Shown here in pieces: positions 15,001 to 30,000 of a DNA stretch of 64,000 nucleotides. The DNA comes from Eledone cirrhosa (Eukaryota). Made by a program: the position numbers and the translations under genes. The notes under the pieces are model-generated. The model ran no database searches, was not told the origin of the DNA, and was given only the letters and a program-made list of their open reading frames with translations. Location: positions 129,580,001 through 129,644,000 of the forward strand of contig OZ024742.1 of assembly GCA_964016885.1 (NCBI GenBank), in the 5' to 3' direction. The stretch's first letter is position 1; each line of letters starts with the position of its first letter.

Positions 15001-18000
15001 ATCTCTCTTTCTTTCATTGCCCCCCCCTTCTTATGTCCAAAGACATTCTATTTGTGACTGTTCTATCTCTCTTTCTTTCATTGCCCCCCCCCTTCTTATG
15101 TCCAAAGACATTCTATTTGTGACTGTTCTATCTCTCTTTCTTTCATTGCCTCCCCGCCTTCTTATGTCCAAAGACATTCTATTTGTGACTGTTCTATCTC
15201 TCTTTCTTTCATTGCCTCCCCGCCTTCTTATGTCCAAACACATTCTATTTGTGACTGTTCTATCTCTCTTTCTTTCATTGCCCCCCCCCCCCCTTCTTAT
15301 GTCCAAAGACATTCTATTTGTGACTGTTCTATCTCTCTTTCTGTCATTGCCCCCCCCCTTCTCATGTCCAAACACATTCTATTTGTGACTGTTCTATCTC
15401 TCTTTCTTTCATTGCCCCCCCCTTCTTATGTCCAAAGCCATTCTATTTGTGACTGTTCTATCTCTCTTTCTTTCATTGCCTCCCCGCCTTCTCATGTCCA
15501 AACACATTCTATTTGTGACTGTTCTATCTCTCTTTCTTTCATTGCCCCCCCCCCCTTCTTATGTCCAAAGACATTCTATTTGTGACTGTTCTATCTCTCT
15601 TTCTGTCATTGCCCCCCCCCTTTCTTATGTCCAAAGACATTCTATTTGTGACTGTTCTATCTCTCTTTCTTTCATTGCCCCCCCCCTTCTTATGTCCAAA
15701 GACATTCTATTTGTGACTGTTCTATCTCTCTTTCTTTCATTGCCTCCCCGCCTTCTTATGTCCAAAGACATTCTATTTGTGACTGTTCTCTCTCTCTTTC
15801 TTTCATTGCCTCCCCGCCTTCTCATGTCCAAACACATTCTATTTGTGACTGTTCTATCTCTCTTTCTTTCATTGCCTCCCCGCCTTCTTATGTCCAAAGA
15901 CATTCTATTTGTGACTGTTCTCTCTCTCTTTCTTTCATTGCCTCCCCGCCTTCTCATGTCCAAACACATTCTATTTGTGACTGTTCTATCTCTCTTTCTT
16001 TCATTGCCTCCCCGCCTTCTTATGTCCAAACACATTCTATTTGTGACTGTTCTATCTCTCTTTCTTTCATTGCCTCCCCGCCTTCTCATGTCCAAACACA
16101 TTCTATTTGTGACTGTTCTATCTCTCTTTCTTTCATTGCCCCCCCCCCCCCTCTTATGTCCAAAGACATTCTATTTGTGACTGTTCTATCTCTCTTTCTT
16201 TCATTGCCTCCCCGCCTTCTCATGTCCAAACACATTCTTTCATTGCCTCCCCGCCTTCTTATGTCCAAAGACATTCTATTTGTGACTGTTCTATCTCTCT
16301 TTCTTTCATTGCCTCCCCGCCCCCCTTCTTATGTCCAAAGACATTCTATTTGTGACTGTTCTATCTCTCTTTCTTTCATTGCCTCCCCGCCTTCTTATGT
16401 CCAAACACATTCTATTTGTGACTGTTCTATCTCTCTTTCTTTCATTGCCTCCCCGCCTTCTTATGTCCAAAGACATTCTATTTGTGACTGTTCTATCTCT
16501 CTTTCTTTCATTGCCTCCCCGCCTTCTTATGTCCAAACACATTCTATTTGTGACTGTTCTATCTCTCTTTCTTTCATTGCCTCCCCGCCTTCTTATGTCC
16601 AAAGACATTCTATTTGTGACTGTTCTATCTCTCTTTCTTTCATTGCCTCCCCGCCCCCCTTCTTATGTCCAAAGACATTCTATTTGTGACTGTTCTATCT
16701 CTCTTTCTTTCATTGCCTCCCCGCCTTCTTATGTCCAAACACATTCTATTTGTGTGACTGTTCTATCTCTCTTTCTTTCATTGCCTCCCCGCCTTCTTAT
16801 GTCCAAACACATTCTATTTGTGACTGTTCTATCTCTCTTTCTTTCATTGCCTCCCCGCCTTCTTATGTCCAAAGACATTCTATTTGTGACTGTTCTATCT
16901 CTCTTTCTTTCATTGCCTCCCCGCCTTCTTATGTCCAAACACATTCTATTTGTGACTGTTCTATCTCTCTTTCTTTCATTGCCTCCCCGCCTTCTTATGT
17001 CCAAAGACATTCTATTTGTGACTGTTCTATCTCTCTTTCTTTCATTGCCTCCCCGCCTTCTTATGTCCAAACACATTCTATTTGTGACTGTTCTATCTCT
17101 CTTTCTTTCATTGCCTCCCCGCCTTCTTATGTCCAAAGACATTCTATTTGTGACTGTTCTATCTCTCTTTCTTTCATTGCCTCCCCGCCCCTTCTTATGT
17201 CCAAAGACATTCTATTTGTGACTGTTCTATCTCTCTTTCTTTCATTGCCTCCCCGCCTTCTTATGTCCAAACACATTCTATTTGTGACTGTTCTATCTCT
17301 CTTTCTTTCATTGCCTCCCCGCCTTCTTATGTCCAAACACATTCTATTTGTGACTGTTCTATCTCTCTTTCTTTCATTGCCTCCCCGCCTTCTTATGTCC
17401 AAACACATTCTATTTGTGACTGTTCTATCTCTCTTTCTTTCATTGCCTCCCCGCCTTCTTATGTCCAAAGACATTCTATTTGTGACTGTTCTATCTCTCT
17501 TTCTTTCATTGCCTCCCCTCTTCTTATGTCCAAACACATTCTATTTGTGACTGTTCTATCTCTCTTTCTTTCATTGCCCTCCCCCCCCTTCTTTTGTCCA
17601 AAGACATTCTATTTGTGACTGTTCTATCTCTCTTTCTTTCATTGCCTCCCCTCTTCTTATGTCCAAACACATTCTATTTGTGACTGTTCTATCTCTCTTT
17701 CTTTCATTGCCTCCCCTCTTCTTATGTCCAAACACATTCTATTTGTGACTGTTCTATCTCTCTTTCTTTCATTGCCTCCCCTCTTCTTATGTCCAAACAC
17801 ATTCTATTTGTGACTGTTCTATCTCTCTTTCTTTCATTGCCTCCCCCCTTCTTATGTCCAAACACATTCTATTTGTGACTGTTCTATCTCTCTTTCTTTC
17901 ATTGCCTCCCCCCTTCTTATGTCCAAACACATTCTATTTGTGACTGTTCTATCTCTCTTTCTTTCATTGCCTCCCCTCTTCTTATGTCCAAACACATTCT

Positions 18001-21000
18001 ATTTGTGACTGTTCTATCTCTCTTTCTTTCATTGCCTCCCCTCTTCTTATGTCCAAACACATTCTATTTGTGACTGTTCTATCTCTCTTTCTTTCATTGC
18101 CCCCCCCCCCCTTCTTTTGTCCAAAGACATTCTATTTGTGACTGTTCTATCTCTCTTTCTTTCATTGCCTCCCCTCTTCTTATGTCCAAACACATTCTAT
18201 TTGTGACTGTTCTATCTCTCTTTCTTTCATTGCCTCCCCTCTTCTTATGTCCAAACACATTCTATTTGTGACTGTTCTATCTCTCTTTCTTTCATTGCCT
18301 CCCCTCTTCTTATGTCCAAACACATTCTATTTGTGACTGCTCTATCTCTCTTTCTTTCATTGCCTCCCCTCTTCTTATGTCCAAACACATTCTATTTGTG
18401 AATGTTCTATCTCTCTTTCTTTCATTGCCCCCCCCCCCCCTTCTTATGTCCAAAGACATTCTATTTGTGACTGTTCTATCTCTCTTTCTTTCATTGCCCC
18501 CCCCCCCTTCTTATGTCCAAAGACATTCTATTTGTGACTGTTCTATCTCTCTTTCTTTCATTTCCTCCCCCTCTTCTTATGTCCAAAGACATTCTATTTG
18601 TGACTGTTCTATCTCTCTTTCTTTCATTGCCCCCCCCCCCCTTCTTATGTCCAAAGACATTCTATTTGTGACTGTTCTATCTCTCTTTCTTTCATTGCCC
18701 CCCCCCCCTTCTTATGTCCAAATACATTCTATTTGTGACTGTTCTATCTCTCTTTCTTTCATTGCCTCCTCGCCGTCTTATGTCCAAAGACATTCTATTT
18801 GTGACTGTTCTATCTCTCTTTCTTTCATTGCCCCCCCCCCCCTTCTTGTGTCCAAAGACATTGTATTTGTGACTGTTCTATCTCTCTTTCTTTCATTGCC
18901 TCCCCGCCTTCTTATGTCCAAACACATTCTATTTGTGACTGTTCTATCTCTCTTTCTTTCATTGCCCCCCCCCCTTCTTATGTCCAAAGACATTCTATTT
19001 GTGACTGTTCTATGTCTCTTTCTTTCATTGCCTCCCCGCCTTCTCATGTCCAAACACATTCTATTTGTGACTGTTCTATCTCTCTTTCTTTCATTGCCTC
19101 CCCGCCTTCTCATGTCCAAACACATTCTATTTGTGACTGTTCTATCTCTCTTTCTTTCATTGCCTCCCCGCCTTCTTATGTCCAAACACATTCTATTTGT
19201 GACTGTTCTATCTCTCTTTCTTTCATTGCCTCCCCGCCTTCTTATGTCCAAAGACATTCTATTTGTGACTGTTCTATCTCTCTTTCTGTCATTGCCTCCC
19301 CCCCTTCTTATGTCCAAACACATTCTATTTGTGACTGTTCTATCTCTCTTTCTTTCATTGCCCCCCCCCCCTTCTTATGTCTAAAGACATTGTATTTGTG
19401 ACTGTTCTATCTCTCTTTCTTTCATTGCCCCCCCCCCTTCTTATGTCCAAACACATTCTATTTGTGACTGTTCTATCTCTCTTTCTTTCATTGCCCCCCC
19501 CCCTTCTTATGTCTAAAGACATTGTATTTGTGACTGTTCTATCTCTCTTTCTTTCATTGCCCCCCCCCCTTCTTATGTCCAAAGACATTCTATTTGTGAC
19601 TGTTCTATCTCTCTTTCTTTCATTGCCTCCCCGCCTTCTTATGTCCAAAGACATTCTATTTGTGACTGTTCTATCTCTCTTTCTTTCATTGCCTCCCCGC
19701 CTTCTCATGTCCAAACACATTCTATTTGTGACTGTTCTATCTCTCTTTCTTTCATTGCCCCCCCCCCCCTTCTTATGTCCAAAGACATTCTATTTGTGAC
19801 TGTACTATCTCTCTTTCTTTCATTGCCCCCCCCCCCCCCTTCTTATGTCCAAAGACATTCTATTTGTGACTGTTCTCTCTCTCTTTCTTTCATTGCCTCC
19901 CCGCCTTCTTATGTCCAAACACATTCTATTTGTGACTGTTCTATCTCTCTTTCTTTCATTGCCTCCCCGCCTTCTTATGTCCAAAGACATTCTATTTGTG
20001 ACTGTTCTCTCTCTCTTTCTTTCATTGCCTCCCCGCCTTCTTATGTCCAAACACATTCTATTTGTGACTGTTCTATCTCTCTTTCTTTCATTGCCTCCCC
20101 GCCTTCTTATGTCCAAAGACATTCTATTTGTGACTGTTCTCTCTCTCTTTCTTTCATTGCCTCCCCGCCTTCTCATGTCCAAACACATTCTATTTGTGAC
20201 TGTTCTATCTCTCTTTCTTTCATTGCCTCCCCGCCTTCTCATGTCCAAACACATTCTATTTGTGACTGTTCTATCTCTCTTTCTTTCATTGCCCCCCCCC
20301 CCCCCTTCTTATGTCCAAAGACATTCTATTTGTGACTGTTCTATCTCTCTTTCTTTCATTGCCTCCCCGCCTTCTCATGTCCAAACACATTCTATTTGTG
20401 ACTGTTCTATCTCTCTTTCTTTCATTGCCTCCCCGCCTTCTCATGTCCAAACACATTCTATTTGTGACTGTTCTATCTCTCTTTCTTTCATTGCCTCCCC
20501 GCCTTCTTATGTCCAAAGACATTCTATTTGTGACTGTTCTATCTCTCTTTCTTTCATTGCCTCCCCGCCTTCTTATGTCCAAACACATTCTATTTGTGAC
20601 TGTTCTATCTCTCTTTCATTGCCTCCCCGCCTTCTTATGTCCAAAGACATTTCTATTTGTGACTGTTCTATCTCTCTTTCTTTCATTGCCTCCCCGCCTT
20701 CTCATGTCCAAACACATTCTATTTGTGACTGTTCTATCTCTCTTTCTTTCATTGCCTCCCCGCCTTCTCATGTCCAAACACATTCTATTTGTGACTGTTC
20801 TATCTCTCTTTCTTTCATTGCCCCCCCCCCCCCCCCTTCTTATGTCCAAAGACATTCTATTTGTGACTGTTCTATCTCTCTTTCTTTCATTGCCTCCCCG
20901 CCTTCTCATGTCCAAACACATTCTATTTGTGACTGTTCTATCTCTCTTTCTTTCATTGCCCCCCCCCTTCTTATGTCCAAAGACATTCTATTTGTGACTG

Positions 21001-24000
21001 TTCTATCTCTCTTTCTTTCATTGCCTCCCCGCCTTCTCATGTCCAAACACATTCTATTTGTGACTGTTCTATCTCTCTTTCTTTCATTGTCCCCCCCCCC
21101 CTTCTTATGTCCAAAGACATTCTATTTGTGACTGTTCTATCTCTCTTTCTTTCATTGCCTCCCCGCCTTCTCATGTCCAAACACATTCTATTTGTGACTG
21201 TTCTATCTCTCTTTCTTTCATTGCCCCCCCCCCTTCTTATGTCCAAAGACATTCTATTTGTGACTGTTCTATCTCTCTTTCTTTCATTGCCCCCCCCCTT
21301 CTTATGTCCAAACACATTCTATTTGTGACTGTTCTATCTCTGTTTCTTTCATTGCCTCCCCTCTTCTTATGTCCAAACACATTCTATTTGTGACTGTTCT
21401 ATCTCTCTTTCTTTCATTGCCCCCCCCCCTTCTTATGTCCAAAGACATTCTATTTGTGACTGTTCTATCTCTCTTTCTTTCATTGCCTCCCCCCTTCTTA
21501 TGTCCAAAGACATTCTATTTGTGACTGTTCTATCTCTGTTTCTTTCATTGCCTCCCCTCTTCTTATGTCCAAACACATTCTATTTGTGACTGTTCTATTT
21601 CTCTTTCTTTCGTTGCCTCCCCGCCTTCTTATGTCCAAACACATTCTATTTGTGACTGTTCTATCTCTCTTTCTTTCATTGCCCCCCCCCTTCTTATGTC
21701 CAAAGACATTCTATTTGTGACTGTTCTATCTCTCTTTCTTTCATTGCCTCCCCCCTTCTTATGTCCAAAGACATTCTATTTGTGACTGTTCTATCTCTGT
21801 TTCTTTCATTGCCTCCCCTCTTCTTATGTCCAAACACATTCTATTTGTGACTGTTCTATCTCTCTTTCTTTCATTGCCTCCCCTCTTCTTATGTCCAAAC
21901 ACATTCTATTTGTGACTGTTCTATCTCTCTTTCTTTCATTGCCCCCCCCCCCTTCTTATGTCCAAAGACATTCTATTTGTGACTGTTCTATCTCTCTTTC
22001 TTTCATTGCCTCCCCGCCTTCTTATGTCCAAACACATTCTATTTGTGAATGTTCTATCTCTCTTTCTTTCATTGCCCCCTCCCCCTTCTTATGTCCAAAG
22101 ACATTCTATTTGTGACTGTTCTATCTCTCTTTCTTTCATTGCCCCCCCCCCTTCTTATGTCCAAAGACATTCTATTTGTGACTGTTCTATCTCTCTTTCT
22201 TTCATTTCCTCCCCCCCTTCTTATGTCCAAAGACATTCTATTTGTGACTGTTCTATCTCTCTTTCTTTCATTGCCCCCCCCCCCCTTCTTATGTCCAAAG
22301 ACATTCTATTTGTGACTGTTCTATCTCTCTTTCTTTCATTGCCCCCCCCCTTCTTATGTCCAAACACATTCTATTTGTGACTGTTCTATCTCTCTTTCTT
22401 TCATTGCCCCCCCCCCCCCTTCTTGTGTCCAAATACATTCTATTTGTGACTGTTCTATCTCTCTTTCTTTCATTGCCTCCCCGCCTTCTTATGTCCAAAG
22501 ACATTCTATGTGTGACTGTTCTATCTCTCTTTCTTTCATTGCCTCCCCTCCCTTCTTATGTCCAAAGACATTCTATTTGTGACTGTTGTATCTCTCTTTC
22601 TTTCATTGCCTCCCCGCCTTCTTATGTCCAAAGACATTCTATCTGTGACTGTTCTATCTCTCTTTCTTTCATTGCCTCCCCGCCTTCTTATGTCCAAAGA
22701 CATTCTATTTGTGACTGTTCTATCTCTCTTTCTTTCATTGCCTCCCCGCCTTCTTATGTCCAAAGACATTATATTTGTGACTGTTCTATCTCTCTTTCTT
22801 TCATTGCCCCCCCCCCTTCTTATGTCCAAAGACATTGTATTTGTGACTGTTCTATCTCTCTTTCTTTCATTGCCTCCCCGCCTTCTTATGTCCAAAGACA
22901 TTCTATTTGTGACTGTTCTATCTCTCTTTCTTTCATTGCCTCCCCGCCTTCTCATGTCCAAACACATTCTATTTGTGCCTGTTCTATCTCTCTTTCTTTC
23001 ATTGCCTCCCCCCCCCCTTCTTATGTCCAAAGACATTCTATTTGTGACTGTTCTATCTCTCTTTCTTTCATTGCCTCCCCGCCTTCTCATGTCCAAACAC
23101 ATTCTATTTGTGACTGTTCTATGTCTCTTTCTTTCATTGCCTCCCCGCCTTCTTATGTCCAAAGACATTCTATGTGTGACTGTTCTATCTCTCTTTCTTT
23201 CATTGCCTCCCCTCCCTTCTTATGTCCAAAGACATTCTATTTGTGACTGTTGTATCTCTCTTTCTTTCATTGCCTCCCCGCCTTCTCATGTCCAAAGACA
23301 TTCTATTTGTGACTGTTCTATGTCTCTTTCTTTCATTGCCTCCCCGCCTTCTTATGTCCAAAGACATTCTATGTGTGACTGTTCTATCTCTCTTTCTTTC
23401 ATTGCCTCCCCTCCCTTCTTATGTCCAAAGACATTCTATTTGTGACTGTTGTATCTCTCTTTCTTTCATTGCCTCCCCGCCTTCTCATGTCCAAAGACAT
23501 TCTATTTGTGACTGTTCTATCTCTCTTTCTTTCATTTCCTCCCCCTCTTCTTATGTCCAAAGACATTCTATTTGTGACTGTTCTATCTCTCTTTCTTTCA
23601 TTGCCCCCCCCCCCCCCTTCTTATGTCCAAAGACATTCTATTTGTGACTGTTCTATCTCTCTTTCTTTCATTGCCCCCCCCCCTTCTTATGTCCAAATAC
23701 ATTCTATTTGTGACTGTTCTATCTCTCTTTCTTTCATTGCCTCCTCGCCGTCTTATGTCCAAAGACATTCTATTTGTGACTGTTCTATCTCTCTTTCTTT
23801 CATTGCCCCCCCCCCCCTTCTTGTGTCCAAAGACATTGTATTTGTGACTGTTCTATCTCTCTTTCTTTCATTGCCTCCCCGCCTTCTTATGTCCAAACAC
23901 ATTCTATTTGTGACTGTTCTATCTCTCTTTCTTTCATTGCCCCCCCCCCCTTCTTATGTCCAAAGACATTCTATTTGTGACTGTTCTATGTCTCTTTCTT

Positions 24001-27000
24001 TCATTGCCTCCCCGCCTTCTCATGTCCAAACACATTCTATTTGTGACTGTTCTATCTCTCTTTCTTTCATTGCCTCCCCGCCTTCTCATGTCCAAACACA
24101 TTCTATTTGTGACTGTTCTATCTCTCTTTCTTTCATTGCCTCCCCGCCTTCTTATGTCCAAACACATTCTATTTGTGACTGTTCTATCTCTCTTTCTTTC
24201 ATTGCCTCCCCGCCTTCTTATGTCCAAAGACATTCTATTTGTGACTGTTCTATCTCTCTTTCTGTCATTGCCTCCCCCCCTTCTTATGTCCAAACACATT
24301 CTATTTGTGACTGTTCTATCTCTCTTTCTTTCATTGCCCCCCCCCCCTTCTTATGTCTAAAGACATTGTATTTGTGACTGTTCTATCTCTCTTTCTTTCA
24401 TTGCCCCCCCCCCTTCTTATGTCCAAACACATTCTATTTGTGACTGTTCTATCTCTCTTTCTTTCATTGCCCCCCCCCCTTCTTATGTCTAAAGACATTG
24501 TATTTGTGACTGTTCTATCTCTCTTTCTTTCATTGCCCCCCCCCCTTCTTATGTCCAAAGACATTCTATTTGTGACTGTTCTATCTCTCTTTCTTTCATT
24601 GCCTCCCCGCCTTCTTATGTCCAAAGACATTCTATTTGTGACTGTTCTATCTCTCTTTCTTTCATTGCCTCCCCGCCTTCTCATGTCCAAACACATTCTA
24701 TTTGTGACTGTTCTATCTCTCTTTCTTTCATTGCCCCCCCCCCCCCTTCTTATGTCCAAAGACATTCTATTTGTGACTGTACTATCTCTCTTTCTTTCAT
24801 TGCCCCCCCCCCTTCTTATGTCCAAAGACATTCTATTTGTGACTGTTCTCTCTCTCTTTCTTTCATTGCCTCCCCGCCTTCTTATGTCCAAACACATTCT
24901 ATTTGTGACTGTTCTATCTCTCTTTCTTTCATTGCCTCCCCGCCTTCTTATGTCCAAAGACATTCTATTTGTGACTGTTCTCTCTCTCTTTCTTTCATTG
25001 CCTCCCCGCCTTCTTATGTCCAAACACATTCTATTTGTGACTGTTCTATCTCTCTTTCTTTCATTGCCTCCCCGCCTTCTTATGTCCAAAGACATTCTAT
25101 TTGTGACTGTTCTCTCTCTCTTTCTTTCATTGCCTCCCCGCCTTCTCATGTCCAAACACATTCTATTTGTGACTGTTCTATCTCTCTTTCTTTCATTGCC
25201 TCCCCGCCTTCTCATGTCCAAACACATTCTATTTGTGACTGTTCTATCTCTCTTTCTTTCATTGCCCCCCCCCCGCCTTCTTATGTCCAAAGACATTCTA
25301 TTTGTGACTGTTCTATCTCTCTTTCTTTCATTGCCTCCCCGCCTTCTCATGTCCAAACACATTCTATTTGTGACTGTTCTATCTCTCTTTCTTTCATTGC
25401 CTCCCCGCCTTCTCATGTCCAAACACATTCTATTTGTGACTGTTCTATCTCTCTTTCTTTCATTGCCTCCCCGCCTTCTTATGTCCAAAGACATTCTATT
25501 TGTGACTGTTCTATCTCTCTTTCTTTCATTGCCTCCCCGCCTTCTTATGTCCAAACACATTCTATTTGTGACTGTTCTATCTCTCTTTCTTTCATTGCCT
25601 CCCCGCCTTCTTATGTCCAAAGACATTCTATTTGTGACTGTTCTATCTCTCTTTCTTTCATTGCCTCCCCGCCTTCTCATGTCCAAACACATTCTATTTG
25701 TGACTGTTCTATCTCTCTTTCTTTCATTGCCTCCCCGCCTTCTCATGTCCAAACACATTCTATTTGTGACTGTTCTATCTCTCTTTCTTTCATTGCCCCC
25801 CCCCCCCTTCTTATGTCCAAAGACATTCTATTTGTGACTGTTCTATCTCTCTTTCTTTCATTGCCTCCCCGCCTTCTCATGTCCAAACACATTCTATTTG
25901 TGACTGTTCTATCTCTCTTTCTTTCATTGCCCCCCCCCTTCTTATGTCCAAAGACATTCTATTTGTGACTGTTCTATCTCTCTTTCTTTCATTGCCTCCC
26001 CGCCTTCTCATGTCCAAACACATTCTATTTGTGACTGTTCTATCTCTCTTTCTTTCATTGTCCCCCCCCCCTTCTTATGTCCAAAGACATTCTATTTGTG
26101 ACTGTTCTATCTCTCTTTCTTTCATTGCCTCCCCGCCTTCTCATGTCCAAACACATTCTATTTGTGACTGTTCTATCTCTCTTTCTTTCATTGCCCCCCC
26201 CCTTCTTATGTCCAAAGACATTCTATTTGTGACTGTTCTATCTCTCTTTCTTTCATTGCCCCCCCCCTTCTTATGTCCAAACACATTCTATTTGTGACTG
26301 TTCTATCTCTGTTTCTTTCATTGCCTCCCCTCTTCTTATGTCCAAACACATTCTATTTGTGACTGTTCTATCTCTCTTTCTTTCATTGCCCCCCCCCCTT
26401 CTTATGTCCAAAGACATTCTATTTGTGACTGTTCTATCTCTCTTTCTTTCATTGCCTCCCCCCTTCTTATGTCCAAAGACATTCTATTTGTGACTGTTCT
26501 ATCTCTGTTTCTTTCATTGCCTCCCCTCTTCTTATGTCCAAACACATTCTATTTGTGACTGTTCTATTTCTCTTTCTTTCGTTGCCTCCCCGCCTTCTTA
26601 TGTCCAAACACATTCTATTTGTGACTGTTCTATCTCTCTTTCTTTCATTGCCCCCCCCCTTCTTATGTCCAAAGACATTCTATTTGTGACTGTTCTATCT
26701 CTCTTTCTTTCATTGCCTCCCCCCTTCTTATGTCCAAAGACATTCTATTTGTGACTGTTCTATCTCTGTTTCTTTCATTGCCTCCCCTCTTCTTATGTCC
26801 AAACACATTCTATTTGTGACTGTTCTATCTCTCTTTCTTTCATTGCCTCCCCTCTTCTTATGTCCAAACACATTCTATTTGTGACTGTTCTATCTCTCTT
26901 TCTTTCATTGCCCCCCCCCCCCTTCTTATGTCCAAAGACATTCTATTTGTGACTGTTCTATCTCTCTTTCTTTCATTGCCTCCCCGCCTTCTTATGTCCA

Positions 27001-30000
27001 AACACATTCTATTTGTGAATGTTCTATCTCTCTTTCTTTCATTGCCCCCTCCCCCTTCTTATGTCCAAAGACATTCTATTTGTGACTGTTCTATCTCTCT
27101 TTCTTTCATTGCCCCCCCCCCTTCTTATGTCCAAAGACATTCTATTTGTGACTGTTCTATCTCTCTTTCTTTCATTTCCTCCCCCCCTTCTTATGTCCAA
27201 AGACATTCTATTTGTGACTGTTCTATCTCTCTTTCTTTCATTGCCCCCCCCCCCTTCTTATGTCCAAAGACATTCTATTTGTGACTGTTCTATCTCTCTT
27301 TCTTTCATTGCCCCCCCCCCCCCTTCTTATGTCCAAACACATTCTATTTGTGACTGTTCTATCTCTCTTTCTTTCATTGCCCCCCCCCCCCCTTCTTGTG
27401 TCCAAATACATTCTATTTGTGACTGTTCTATCTCTCTTTCTTTCATTGCCTCCCCGCCTTCTTATGTCCAAAGACATTCTATGTGTGACTGTTCTATCTC
27501 TCTTTCTTTCATTGCCTCCCCTCCCTTCTTATGTCCAAAGACATTCTATTTGTGACTGTTGTATCTCTCTTTCTTTCATTGCCTCCCCGCCTTCTTATGT
27601 CCAAAGACATTCTATCTGTGACTGTTCTATCTCTCTTTCTTTCATTGCCTCCCCGCCTTCTTATGTCCAAAGACATTCTATTTGTGACTGTTCTATCTCT
27701 CTTTCTTTCATTGCCTCCCCGCCTTCTTATGTCCAAAGACATTATATTTGTGACTGTTCTATCTCTCTTTCTTTCATTGCCCCCCCCCCCTTCTTATGTC
27801 CAAAGACATTGTATTTGTGACTGTTCTATCTCTCTTTCTTTCATTGCCTCCCCGCCTTCTTATGTCCAAAGACATTCTATTTGTGACTGTTCTATCTCTC
27901 TTTCTTTCATTGCCTCCCCGCCTTCTCATGTCCAAACACATTCTATTTGTGCCTGTTCTATCTCTCTTTCTTTCATTGCCTCCCCCCCCCCTTCTTATGT
28001 CCAAAGACATTCTATTTGTGACTGTTCTATCTCTCTTTCTTTCATTGCCTCCCCGCCTTCTCATGTCCAAACACATTCTATTTGTGACTGTTCTATCTCT
28101 CTTTCTTTCATTGCCCCCCCCCCTTCTTATGTCCAAAGACATTCTATTTGTGACTGTTCTATCTCTCTTTCTTTCATTGCCTCCCCGCCTTCTCATGTCC
28201 AAAGACATTCTATTTGTGACTGTTCTATCTCTCTTTCTTTCATTGCCTCCCCGCCTTCTTATGTCCAAAGACATTCTATTTGTGACTGTTCTATCTCTCT
28301 TTCTTTCATTGCCTCCCCGCCTTCTTATGTCCAAAGACATTCTATTTGTGACTGTTCTATCTCTCTTTCTTTCATTGCCTCCCCGCCTTCTTATGTCCAA
28401 AGACATTCTATTTGTGACTGTTCTATCTCTCTTTCTTTCATTGCCTCCCCGCCTTCTTATGTCCAAAGACATTCTATTTGTGACTGTTCTATCTCTCTTT
28501 CTTTCATTGCCCCCCCCCCCTTCTTATGTCCAAAGACATTCTATTTGTGACTGTTCTATCTCTCTTTCTTTCATTGCCTCCCCGCCTTCTTATGTCCAAA
28601 GACATTCTATTTGTGACTGTTCTATCTCTCTTTCTTTCATTGCCTCCCCGCCTTCTTATGTCCAAAGACATTCTATTTGTGACTGTTCTATCTCTCTTTC
28701 TTTCATTGCCCCCCCCCCCTTCTTATGTCCAAAGACATTCTATTTGTGACTGTTCTATCTCTCTTTCTTTCATTGCCTCCCCGCCTTCTTATGTCCAAAG
28801 ACATTCTATTTGTGACTGTTCTATCTCTCTTTCTTTCATTGCCTCCCCCCCTTCTTATGTCCAAACACATTCTATTTGTGACTGTTCTATCTCTCTTTCT
28901 TTCATTGCCTCCCCCCCTTCTTATGTCCAAACACAATCTATTTGTGACTGTTCTATCTCTCTTTCTTTCATTGCCTCCCCGCCTTCTTATGTCCAAAGAC
29001 ATTCTATTTGTGACTGTTCTATCTCTCTTTCTTTCATTGCCTCCCCGCCTTCTTATGTCCAAAGACATTCTATTTGTGACTGTTCTATCTCTCTTTCTTT
29101 CATTGCCCCCCCCCCCCCCTTCTTATGTCCAAAGACATTCTATTTGTGACTGTTCTATCTCTCTTTCTTTCATTGCCTCCCCGCCTTCTTATGTCCAAAG
29201 ACATTCTATTTGTGACTGTTCTATCTCTCTTTCTTTCATTGCCTCCCCCCCTTCTTATGTCCAAACACATTCTATTTGTGACTGTTCTATCTCTCTTTCT
29301 TTCATTGCCTCCCCCCCTTCTTATGTCCAAACACATTCTATTTGTGACTGTTCTATCTCTCTTTCTTTCATTGCCTCCCCGCCTTCTTATGTCCAAAGAC
29401 ATTCTATTTGTGACTGTTCTATCTCTCTTTCTTTCATTGCCTCCCCGCCTTCTTATGTCCAAAGACATTCTATTTGTGACTGTTCTATCTCTCTTTCTTT
29501 CATTGCCTCCCCGCCTTCTTATGTCCAAAGACATTCTATTTGTGACTGTTCTATCTCTCTTTCTTTCATTGCCCCCCCCCCCCCCCTTCTTATGTCCAAA
29601 GACATTCTATTTGTGACTGTTCTATCTCTCTTTCTTTCATTGCCTCCCCGCCTTCTTATGTCCAAACACATTCTATTTGTGACTGTTCTATCTCTCTTTC
29701 TTTCATTGCCTCCCCGCCTTCTTATGTCCAAAGACATTCTATTTGTGACTGTTCTATCTCTCTTTCTTTCATTGCCTCCCCTCTTCTTATGTCCAAACAC
29801 ATTCTATTTGTGACTGTTCTATCTCTCTTTCTTTCATTGCCTCCCCGCCTTCTTATGTCCAAAGACATTCTATTTGTGACTGTTCTATCTCTCTTTCTTT
29901 CATTGCCTCCCCGCCTTCTTATGTCCAAAGACATTCTATTTGTGACTGTTCTATCTCTCTTTCTTTCATTGCCTCCCCGCCTTCTCATGTCCAAACACAT

